From positions 1 to 42,115 of the forward strand of contig JAAPAO010000293.1 in NCBI GenBank assembly GCA_013115145.1: a stretch of DNA of 42,115 bases, in the 5' to 3' direction. Numbering within the stretch: position 1 is the stretch's first letter; every line of letters starts with the position of its first letter. This DNA is from Perkinsus chesapeaki ATCC PRA-425 (Eukaryota; Protista; Perkinsozoa). The notes under the pieces were generated by a model, which worked only from the letters and a program-made list of their open reading frames with translations, searched no databases and was not told the origin of the DNA. Of the stretch, positions 12,157-23,514 are shown piece by piece. The position numbers and the translations under genes are program-made.

Positions 12157-15100
12157 TCACTGCATCCTCGCAATAGCCTCTTTAGCTTCCTTCTCTCCCA
12201 GTAACCTAACACAGAACAAATCGATCACCAGGGCGCGCGCTTTTTACACCATTCTCACCTCACCGTAGCCTTATGGCTGCCACCCTCGCCAAGACTTGAC
12301 ACCGAGGCCGCCGAGCTCGGACGACCCGAGTTGGTTCGACGCCTTTTGGCAGCAGGCTCGGCAGCTGCAGCAGCGAGGGGGTCCGAAGGGGGGATAGTTA
12401 CGACGTAGAACCACCTGAATATACATAATCGATCACGTGATCGATTTGTGCTGTCACCTGTGGTAGATGTGTTTCGGTTCATTTTCATCCTTTATTTTCT
12501 CCTTGGATGTTATTTTTCCTTCCGTACCATCCGAGAGCTTCACTTCCTTACCAATCATGTCATCCGAACCAAGCCAGACGTCTGAAAATAATAATTACCC
12601 CACCTCTAAAAACAAGACAACTTTTTTGAGGAGAGCCAACGAATGAATGTTGAAACCGCAAAAAAGTTGAAATGCAAACTTCCCCTAACTGGCCTTCTCT
12701 TGACCACACCATTCAACAGTTACAGTTTCGACAACACACGGTGATGTGTAAATTCTTCCCCGAAAAATTTCAGCTCAATATTCCTTCTTTTCGGAAATAT
12801 TTCAATTTTTCCCGCGGCACTATATTCTTCATTTCTACATTCCCTCCTACCTTTAACTTCCCCTCCCTTCAACCGCCTAGCTGCGGTCTTCACACTAACA
12901 GGCATGTGGTCATCCTTACTCACACTGACACCATTCCAGGCCAATTCTACGGAATGCTGGGAGCCACCGCCGACCTGGAAAGGAAATAGGAAATATGATA
13001 ATTCATCGTAATTATAATAACATTATATTCATTATTATGACAATAACTATTCTATAACATAAATTATTTATTATGAATAAAAATGAAAATATAATATTTT
13101 TCCCAAGAAACTGAGTAACTCCTCAGAAGAGAGCTTTGAAGAATCAACCAACAATCAAAACAACCAAACACGAAAATGGCCAAAAACATCTCCACGGAAT
13201 TCTGCATGATTCATCCAAAGATGACCCGAATTCTCCTCCCAATATATTCTATATAAGCGAAATGAAAGATTCCAATACAAATCGATCACGTGATCGATAA
13301 ACATCCCGACGGTTTCACCTGCAATACAAACTTCGATTCGAGTTGTTTGCTCTGAACAAGATAAGGCGACAATTCATCTGTGGCGTCGGTGGAGCTCGTT
13401 GCGCCTGATGCACTCTACGTAATCTATTTTGCATCTTGCATGGTCCAACCTTTGGATATGTCTCTGGGGCAGTTTCCTAACTGGTGAGTCTCACCAAATC
13501 CCCAAGTGTAGAAATCTCCACTTTTCGTGCACGCAAGGGCCTAAAACAATGAGTATTTCCCGTGCGCCACAAAAATAAACCGTAACGAACGACTCATTAC
13601 GGACCATTTAAATGAGAAAAAACCCCCAAAAAATTTTCCCCCATATTTTCTCATCGTCCCAGACGAATGATCACTACAAATGAGAACAACCTTTAATAAA
13701 GTCACGCGCCACGAAATTCCACTTACATGTGATCCGCCCGCTGCGACATGCATAACATTTTTCAACTTTGATAATTTCGACGGATTCGTCACATCGTCAT
13801 TTCCACCACCCAACCCAGAATAGTCCCTTCTTCCCCAGGTGAACCTGAAGAACCGTTGAGGAAATGCAAGATTTACCGAGATTAGCAAGATCTCCTACAC
13901 TTCTCCCTCGGTAGTAAGGGCCACTGTATGGAAGCTTCCTCCGACGATCTCTTTAACGGAACATCCGAGCTTGGTCGATGATAAATTTTCTACTTCTACC
14001 GGATATCCTAAAACACAATGAGTATTTTCTGTACAAGGAAATTTTTCCGGCAGAAAATTTTCCGAAAAGTTCTCGGAACTTTGGTCGAGAATTCCATAAT
14101 AGAAAGGGCGTAGACGCCCAAGCTTCAAATTCCCCAAAAACGCCACCTAAATTTCTGGGCGGCCGCCTCAACGCCACGCAGGTGCATAGGGGTGGCCAGG
14201 TGGGCGATACCTCAGGGGCATTGGTGAGTGTCTGCATAACAGGTAAGTGTACATAAGGAGCGGCATGTCACTGAGCTTTAGTATCTGGGATAGTCTATCC
14301 CTAATATATACCCATCATTAATTCTCTGCACACTGTTGCTGTCGATATTATTACCGGGCTCTAAGGAGATTCTAAGTGCTTGCACTGAAGGTAGTTGATG
14401 CCCGAGTAGAACCAAGGCCGATGGCCCATGGCCGATGGGCTAATGGCTTGTCACCGTAAGTTGCTTCAACAGTGTATACAACATTTCCGGCCACCGAACC
14501 TTCTATTGAGTAGTAGCGCTTGGCCGAGCGAATGGCGTCTTTCAGAGCTTGAAGGTTAGTACGCTGTTTCCTCAGCTCCGTCTGTAATGAGTGGGGGCGC
14601 CCCCAAAATTATAAAATAATGGGGGGGCCCCCCCAAAGCGTAGCCTAATTTTTTTTGTATTTTAAACAACGTCAGGAGAAAACGAAGTATTATAGTGAAC
14701 AAAANNNNNNNNNNTTTTTTTTTTTCTTTTTTTTTTGTTTTTTTTGTCTTTCCTCCCGTTTCTTTTTTTTTTGGGGTGGGCACCTATATTTTTTTTTTTT
14801 GGCGCCCCCCCCCCCCACTCTTCCGCTACCATTGTTTTGCGATCTTTCGACACCAGGTACGGTACCTAGGAGTTACTAGAGGTACCAAGTGTTATCCCGA
14901 AAGTTATACATATTCCAAGGTACACCTCAAATGACAACACCACGTCGACCAACCCTGTAACTTACTCGACTCGTTGACCCCGGTGCGGGGCAACGTTCCG
15001 CTACCAGTGTTTTGCGATCTTTCGACACCCGGTACGGTACCTACACTTTCTCGCTTCATATTATGAAGCGAGAGACTAGAAAGCTCTCGCGGGCACGTTG

Positions 15101-18100
15101 GTCTAAGCGAAGTTGTAAGTAAGGCTTCAAAGCTGTCGAGCTGTCGAAGGGAGTAGGAAAACTTATTCGCTGCATTGCCACTTCAAAAGTGGCACTTCTG
15201 CTACCATTGCCAATAGAAGTGTCAAAGGACTCGAAGTTGGCATTGGCGTCTTCTTCAGTGGTCTCGGACACACTGGATGCCGAGAGCATAGCTTCTTCTA
15301 AACCACGGCGCTTTTGTGGCGGCGCGGGTACCTTGCCAAGGTGCCCTTGGTCCAAGCGAAGGTGTAGGGCGTCGGAGAGCTGTCGAAGGGAGTAGGCAAT
15401 GGCGTCGACACTGTCCTTAGCTGAGAGTGACCTCCTACTGAACTCGTCGAATGCCACCGCTCCTCCTGCAACAAGCTCTCTCTGCATGGCGAAGATAGCC
15501 GTTTCGAAGCCCAACTTGTCAGCGTTGGAAACGCTTAACCATATGGCGAGGGTAGCATCTTCAAACAAAATAGGAAGTCTATCAATTGCTTGGTCATCGC
15601 CTCGATGATTTGCTTTACAACCGATTCTATAACGTTGAGACCATTCAGAGAAGTCACCACTGGCGACCTAACAATACCGCAACACCGATACAGTATCGGC
15701 GATACGGTACTGGTTGGTATCGTTACCGGGAACGGACCGTCACCGGTACCGTCATTGACGGTAGTAGAGCATACTGTGAGTGAGCTTCAAGCATAACAAG
15801 GAGCTGCTACCCAATTGAACTTCAATTATTGAAGAAATGACGTCCAAATTTATCGGAGAAAACTATCAGCCACCAGCGGAAGAGAACTGCCCCCCCTGAC
15901 TTGGGGAAGCCTGGTCACGCCCATGGATGAATGGAATTATTCCATCCAATTTTCACAGATAAAAATCTTTAGTTATCGTCACGCGCCCATTAATTAACTT
16001 ACGAATAGGCTCTGCGGTCGTTTTGCCCAAACCCAGCTGAGCAAAATTATTCAAGCCACAACCGAACACTCTTCCCTCCTCAGTCGACAAGAATGTACCT
16101 TAAAAACACATACCATCAATCCGACCTAAAGTACCTTACAGTTAGCCGAGGCAAACACTTTATCAATCGAGCCTCTCTCTTTTTTATTCCAATTAATCGG
16201 GTGAGGATGAAGCTTCGACGAAGTGGCTCGCTTGGACCTTCTAGTGTGCTTCAACAGGACAGCTTCCTCCTCTAATAAAAACGCCATTATAGGCGAGCAA
16301 TAAATACATTGTTTTTTGGACGCATTTAAACAGCCGTAAATATATCAATACTCCCGATGCTGCATCGGTATAAAAGCTAATTATGATATAATGTTGTCAT
16401 CTAGCGATATCATCTGGAGATAGTACCGATTATTGCTCACGAAGCTTACCACAAAGCCTACCATCATGTAAATATATATCTGTAATATTTACCACACTCT
16501 CATAGTTACTTCGACTATGTACAGTATACGTCAGATATTCACTTTTCACGGACTTGCCCAATGAAGTTGTATTTATGTTAGATTCTTCTTTAGTCACTAG
16601 TCAACTAACAGCCCTTGTTTACCAGTTTGTATATTTTACTAACCATTAAACACGGCTAAAAATAAACTAAATTGTCCTGCCGTAGGATTCCTACGACACA
16701 GTCTACTACATTATTATATATGATATTTGCATCGACGCATACATAATTTTCCCTTTCATGAAAATATTTCCGGAAAAAAATAAATTTTCCCCACAAATCT
16801 CTCCTTACCGGTCAAATTCTCATCTCCACTTCCACCATGACCGAGTTGTCCAAACTCATCATTGCCCCAGGCATAGACCTCCAGGATCCTACTCCCTAAC
16901 AACACTGACGATTCTCACGCGCCAAAAAACTATCAGAGATAAACTATCAAAAAAGGAATCGTTTTTATCGTTTTAAACGATCCTACAAAAACTTCAGCTA
17001 GAGGCACCCGACGATTCGAAGAACGGTGGCACCATAAGACTCGATTAATTACAGCGCCGGAAAAGGAACTAGTTGGCGAGGAAAATGAAAAATTTGAAAA
17101 TATAACATGGAAAATTTCAAGCAACAAAATGGAAAGGCCGGCAAATAAATTGGATCATTTATTAATAAATTTATGATTTCAAAATGCTGCATCATCCCCG
17201 TTGAAACGTAAACTAACCTCAACCAAGATTCAGCACACACATAATACACTACGAGTAGATACTCCAGTGGATATGTCGCCATCCTCTCACCCCATCAACC
17301 CCCGGTTCAACCCCTCCTCACTTGTTTTTCCTCCTCGACTGCTCTCCACTGTCGCCAATGTATGGTTAGCTCCACTGGCAATCGCTATCGCTCTACTCGA
17401 GGCTGTTCCCAAACCAGGCACTCTCATCGGGTCATAACTCCTCTTCAACGGGTCAGCACTCATACCATTATGGAAGTCGGGAAAACCCAAGTATCCAGAG
17501 GAATCCTAAAGAGCCGACTTCGAAGGAAGAAAAATGAGTAAGTGCATTTCCAAAGAAGTCATCCAAGAGATCAGTTATCAATCATCACTGACAGAGTCTC
17601 GTTGATCACAGACCGCGAAATTCGGCTATTCGATTATATAATAGACCGGTTGCATCATCCCCACGGCAACCATACTAATAATAAATGATCCCCATCTTTA
17701 ATATCATAAATTATGTCGATCATAAATATCTAACTGATGGTAAAAATAGATTCCAAACAAATTATCAATTCCCAATTATAAGTGATGAAGCCTTGTTCAG
17801 AATTACGGCTTCCGATCATCCTATACCAAGGTTATCATTTGATGGCAAACACACTATAATAAATAATAATCAGGCCATTAATAAGACAAATTAAGTTGAT
17901 GATAAATATATAATTGGAATAAATTTCCAATACTCCATCGGACAGTTACGAAAATTTTATCAAGCAAAACCAAGGAGCCTCGAAGCAACCACAGATAAAA
18001 CGACCAACATCAGACGATGCTCTATAAGGAATAACCGCCGTCAAACCAATCACGAAAAAAGCAGTAACACCCCACTTAGTTTTAATTATACAATAAATAG

Positions 18101-21100
18101 TAATGAATATAGATATCTCACAATAAACATATGAAAAGGATGGACAAATAAATACACATCAGTATACTAATACAGGTAATAATTGATATGACAAAATGTG
18201 AGATAAATATCATTATATAGATACCTGTGATTTCATATAAAATGAGCATAGAACTATGAACTAATAAACCCAAGGGCATCGATGATATGATATGGTTGTG
18301 TCACGCTTCTTACCGGATCGCGTCACCTGGTAACCAGAGCCACAGGAATCCTTTCAAGTCCCGTATAACCGTCCCCCCTATATCACCTTATAAGTGCCAC
18401 ATAGCCACACTCGACCAGCGTCATCCAAGAATGTTGAATGGTTATCTCCAGCAGCAATCGAGCGAACTGCCACTCCTACACAACAAACCCTGTCAAATTT
18501 GTCAAATCCTATTCCAGACTAAAATTTCCAATGCGATGAGTAATTCTTCAGTGGCGCCTCAGAATTCTATAACTTCACCATTTTACATCCTGGCCTCAAT
18601 CCGAGATCGTACTCGAGGGAAGACAGAGGCGTGCAGTGCTATCATGCTGGCCCGATGATAGCAGTAGATAGAATTATTTAACGCAACTCTATTTAATGAT
18701 GGTCTCAATACAGCCGATGTACTACCCCAGAAGAGAGGATAAGCTAATCTATTCCTAACTTTCATCAAGTGCCAGATATCCGAAATTAGTCGTGAAACGA
18801 TCGGCCGATTAAGTGTAGTATTTCCTACTTCATTCGTGCTTACGAAACGGGGGTGAGGAAATGCTGAATATCGCATTTAATTGAAAATTACATTTCTATA
18901 CCGCTCCCTCCGCTACTACCTTCCAAACCATCAATAGGTCTCGGTTGATTCTCTGGTCCAAGCCTGCCCAGGGCACCATCATCATTACATCCCCATGAGA
19001 ACCTAAATCGATCACGTGATCGATTATACACCAACAGCTATCCATAGGAATCCAATAGAATCCCTAATGGTGCGATAAATTATCAAACCAGAGGGAAAGT
19101 CTCATCATTGCATTAATACGCTACTACCCGCAGCCATGCGAGGTAATTCCAAGGAATTCAGCACAAATGCACTCGCTCATCTCTAAGCCTCAAAACTTTA
19201 GCAAACGCTTATTATGGCGATCCCATAGGATTCTGACGTGGCAAAAAGGGAGAGCCGAAACAGATATCTCAACAATGAAATTTACTATTTATCAAAATTT
19301 AACAGATTTCCCAATAACAATAAATAATTATTATAAAATATATCTGGTTATGACAAATTCACTGCAATTGTTATGCAAAGCTTACACCTTTCCCGTAGTC
19401 GAGTCCAGAGCCAAAGTATGCAAAGCTCCAACAGCTATCTGGGTAACCTAAAAGATTCCCAAAGCTTGAACCGGAAAAGATTCTTCCGAGGTTACTACAG
19501 CTATCTTATACCCCAAAGTAGACATGCATATCTTGTCAATGCTCGTCGGTTTCCTTCGCTCAAGCACCGCATCTCCGAGGCCGAGTTGGTCGCATTCGCC
19601 AGAGCCGTGAACAAATACCGAACCTTCGTATAACAAAATCCTCAATGTTTCCGAAGAAATTTTCCCTATCAACGAAGAGGAAGTCAGTAATAGTTTTCAT
19701 TCGATAAAAGCTTTCAATGAACCTTTGCCGATAAAATGGCGATTTCATGCAGGAAAGGTTCATTAGATGATTCTCAAACGACGCTTAACTTACCAACAGA
19801 AAGTCTATCTTGCGCAGGGGGACTTAGAGCCGCAACAACGTATTCTTTCCCGGATTTTTGCTCCGTCAGTTCAGGAATTTCACCAGAAATTCGCGAAATT
19901 TCACCAAAAATTTGTTAATTCATATATGAATCATCTACACCTCTAAAACCTCAACAAGGTCCAAGTACGTTCGCTGAAAATCATCAACCTTGGGCGAAGA
20001 GGACCAATTCTCTCCCGACAAGTTCGGATAGCCCCACAGTAGTACCCATATGGATGAGACTCTCATCACCAATATCAGGTTTCTCCGCCAGGTCCTTCAA
20101 CCTGAAAACAGCGATAATTTTTCCCCCAAAAAATTCTCACTTTTCTCCCTCATTTTCTCGACTCTCAATCGTCGGCATGAAGCCTCCTCCTCCTCCAGCG
20201 GCAGCAGTAGTTCCAGATCCGAAGACTATCGGCTTGGACGGAGATGATGTGCTTGATGGGGCGCCAAATACAAATGATGATGTCGCGCTGGGAGGCGATA
20301 CACTGAAAAAAATTTTTTCCGGAAAAGTTTTCGTAGTGTAATTTTTTTCAAAAACACCACGAGTCTCAACTCAGAACCCACAGCATCAAATAGCTCCGAG
20401 TGGAGATCTGGACTCAACGACTTCTTACAGGAAAATTTCTGATCCACTGCGCGCCAAAATTCTCAGAAATTCAAAGATTAATACCAATAATTCGACCAAT
20501 GGGGGAATTCCGATACGAAATTCACGCACGTTGTAGAAACCCCAGACGCGTTTATATTCAAGCTCCCCCACCTTCCATCCGAGATTGACCAGTCGGCAAT
20601 TTAATTATGGCGCCGGTGAACAGGCGGATATCCACAGTAAAACAATGATACCAGAAATGAGAAATTAATGATAATTCAGTGAGTAAGAGTTACCTATCGC
20701 AGAATTAAGAATAAAAAGAGGATTATTATTAGTGATACTAAGTGAATACTAATACTAATAGTATCACTAAAAGCAATCACGAAGGTATCGATGGGAATCT
20801 ATAAGTTATAAATAAATACCGATGAAGATACTAATAGTAAAATGTCTCCCATTACTTACGTTTCTGCCGTTGAGTTTGCCGCGAAAGCACCCTCACTTTT
20901 ACTCGCACCAAACACAAATCCAGTGCCAACTGGTTCAGCAGTCGAAGACTGACCGAAGGTGAAGGTCGAAGCAGCATTCGAGGAATCAGCCACGCCGAAT
21001 CCTGTAGGCTTCGGAGCTGAAAAATATAATTTCCTGGCGCGGTGAAACATTTCGAACTACCTGCTGTACTAGAACGAAATTTAGCAATCAACTTTTGTTT

Positions 21101-21945
21101 TTCCTCTTCTTTCTCTTTCTTAATGCGATCGATGTCCTCCTGACTCAGCGTCGGGTTGGGCTAAAACGGCACAGCTATTTCCGTTAAACCACTCACAATG
21201 ACTGATAAACGTTATATTCTCTACCCCACAGATTTGTATCCCTCTCGGGTTCGAGATGTAGCGACGCGGGCTCGTCTTCGCCACTTCAGTCGCTTCACAC
21301 AGGGACACCCCACACACATCATAAACCATAATGTGGGGTGTGATCACGATTTAAACGGCGCATTTTGTGATTGAAGTTCTTCTACAATTACCAATCTTGA
21401 TATTCTCTCGATTAAAAATTATATAGTGAAGATGTCTGTCGAAATGCCTGCTAAAGTCGTCACAGATCAGAGCAAGGAAAACAAGTGATGGAAAGCACAC
21501 GCTCTCTACTCCATGCGCAGAACGCAAAGCTAAATGAATTCCATTAATGCTGCTCATTGCAACCTGGAAGCAGCCATTTTCAGCAGAAACCTTCCATGTT
21601 TATGAATACATTTACAAGATTAGATTCAAGGCATTTACGTTACGATATTTATATTTCCCATATCCCTCTCAACACATTACTATACTGATACATAAAATAG
21701 CTCATATAAATATCCACTCTACTCGATGTTCTATATAAAGGATTCATATCTTCTACTTCTCGCTCATGCCTCCTCATGAACCCATTTCTCCTCCCCTCCC
21801 ACGGTATTACAGCCTCGCACACAACACATATGATATCCTCCTTCTTGTTCCGACAGTAACAACCATCGCATCTCCATCCATCTGGATCATTCGCTGCAGC
21901 GTTGGCGGATTTGAAGTCATTTGTTGTTGTCGAAGATGATGACAT
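12157..21945 (-). CDS. RCC1: RCC1 (Ran GEF) with N-terminal RanBP2-type zinc finger and FG-like low-complexity region, plus C-terminal basic NLS-like motif
   Basis: Exon 1 has WRCDGCYCRNKKEDIICVVCEA|PNP (zf-RanBP2), followed by GF/FG-containing segments. RCC1 repeats: GSGECDQLGLG, AVGALHTLALD..GKVFSWGCNDDGALGR, AAGDNHSTFL..GRVWLCGTYKDSSGYLGF, ASGANHTLA, VYAWGNDEFGQLG, GRVFGCGLNNFAQLG, VGGSFHTVALTTEGEV, AAGGSHALAC..FYTWGFGETHQLG, VGGGSQHSVEL. AKRRR near the C-terminus; TGA at 12157-12159. Confidence 0.9.
14821..15043 (+). repeat. 48-bp direct repeat pair (14821-14868, 14996-15043) in the large RCC1 intron
   Basis: TTCCGCTACCA(T/G)TGTTTTGCGATCTTTCGACACC(A/C)GGTACGGTACCTA occurs twice with 2 mismatches, 175 bp apart, next to an assembly gap and the Gag remnant. 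Confidence 0.85.
15056..15957 (-). mobile_element. Degenerate Ty3/gypsy-like LTR retrotransposon fragment (Gag; tentative 5' LTR and PBS) in an RCC1 intron
   Basis: Minus frame GDFSEWSQRYRIGCKANHRGDDQAIDRLPILFEDATLAIWLSV...AFDEFSRRSLSAKDSVDAIAYSLRQL fits the retrotransposon Gag pattern. The upstream segment TGTGAA...GTTCA (15957-15816) followed by ATTGGGTAGCAG resembles an LTR end plus an iMet-type PBS. No pol gene and no second LTR were found. Confidence 0.62.
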
Positions 21946-22237
21946 GGGGACAGTTTTGCGGTGGTAAAGTACGTTAATATAGTAGCCGAAACTGAGGGGA
22001 AAATAAACTAAAATAACTTTCCAAAAATATTATCGAGAGCTCCCGAACGCCAAAACATTCGCCTCTCTCAAAAGGTCATTCAAAAAAACAATTTTGAGGT
22101 CGCCCTGTGCCTGGAAGATTGACGTCAAGGTATATTGAGTTTGAGTTTTGATCGATCTAAACAGATGTAAACGAGGTCATATTACCACTGCGCAGCTTCA
22201 TATAACTACTTATAAATAAAAATATTATCATACAGTA

Positions 22238-22588
22238 AGTAAGCGAACAATTAGTGTAATTTAAATAATGATAGTAAGGGAACAATTAGTGTAATTTAAA
22301 TAATGATAGTAAGCGAACAATTAGTGTAATTTAAATAATGATAGTAAGCGAACAATTAGTGTAATTTAAATAATGATAGTACAAGNNNNNNNNNNNNNNN
22401 NNNNNNNNNNNNNNNNNNNNNNNNNNNNNNNNNNNNNNNNNNNNNNNNNNNNNNNNNNNNNNNNNNNNNNNNNNNNNNNNAGTAAGCGAACAATTAGTGT
22501 AATTTAAATAATGATAGTAAGCGAACAATTAGTGTAATTTAAATAATGATAGTAAGCGAACAATTAGTGTAATTTAAATAATGATAGT
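22238..22588 (+). repeat. 35-bp tandem minisatellite spanning an N gap (22386-22480)
   Basis: Unit AGTAAGCGAACAATTAGTGTAATTTAAATAATGAT; 4 copies before and 3 after the gap, nearly identical, with no spacers. Intergenic, ~300 bp upstream of the RCC1 ATG. Confidence 0.95.
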
Positions 22589-23514
22589 GCTATTGATTAA
22601 TAGTACATTACTACAAAGAGATAATCTTATTCAATCAAAACTCTTCTATAAATCCGCTCTAAACCCCTCCACAAAATTATATCACATACGGTTTTCCAGC
22701 GCTAGCTCATCTAATACAAACAGTTTAACGTTCATTTTTTGTCAGTTGATCCTACGGGGTGTATGAATAACGATAGTCATGATTGTGATGTCAGTTTCGC
22801 TCGCCCAGTGAAATTTTGTGAAACTGCCAAAAATCACGCTTCCACAAAATTATATCAATTATATCAATATATCAATTATTCAATCAAAACCCTTCCATAA
22901 ATCCGTTCTATAAAAAAAAATATTATATCGAATACCACCTGAATGTAACGAACTAACCCCTGCCGACTCTGCTGCCGAGGTGGTATTGCTCAAGACTCCT
23001 TCCGCTCCAAACCCCAGCCTGCCCTATCATTTGAGGTCTAATATAACCCGACAGATCTCCTATAAACCCAATAAAGGCTAGTAACAATACTTGACTTTAG
23101 AACACGCGAAATCTTATAGTTACACTTCTCTCCACCCAACAACATTCAACAACTACAACTAAACAATGGTTTAATCCACTCTGCCATACCACACACTGAA
23201 ACGGCCGGCGATTAACCTTCATCGTTTCCAATGACCAATGATCAGGGCAGCAGCAGGGTCGAGTCCAGTAGTAATACACTCTCCTACCTCCCCCGGAAAT
23301 TATCAACTCGAATCATATTGGTATACTAGAGACGTTTGGCAGGACCATATTCTTAACCTACATAACAGCAAACCGTCATCCAATTGCATATGCAACTTGT
23401 CACCAAATAGTGAAAATATAAATGGTATAAACATATAAGAAGTATTATCGATTACCTCCTCACCATATAAGATAAATAATAATAGGAATACTCTACACAC
23501 ATCTACATAACACA

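Noticed and set aside
12262-12278. ACCGTAGCCTTATGGCT resembling the Perkinsus/dinoflagellate spliced leader (recalled as ACCGTAGCCATC(T)TGGCTCAAG)
   Set aside because: It lies antisense to an RCC1 coding exon (SHKATV), lacks the CAAG/GT donor end and has no SL-RNA intron, so it is treated as coincidence.
14600-14820. Lys/Phe-rich ORFs and homopolymer runs around the N gap at 14705-14714
   Set aside because: Typical low-quality read ends flanking an assembly gap; not reliable sequence.
17520-17600. Possible C/D box snoRNA in an RCC1 intron (GTGATGA...CTGA...GGATGA)
   Set aside because: No terminal D box (CTCA instead of CTGA) and no convincing rRNA-complementary guide.
20400-20640. Expected RanBP1-type Ran-binding domain between the FG region and the RCC1 repeats
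   Set aside because: No RanBD motifs found; the flanking exons join directly in phase (STAET|VSPPSA), so this stretch is treated as intron.
22238-22588. CRISPR-like array (35-bp repeats)
   Set aside because: The repeats are head-to-tail with no unique spacers, there are no cas genes and the context is eukaryotic, so this is a minisatellite. The same applies to 27506-27737.
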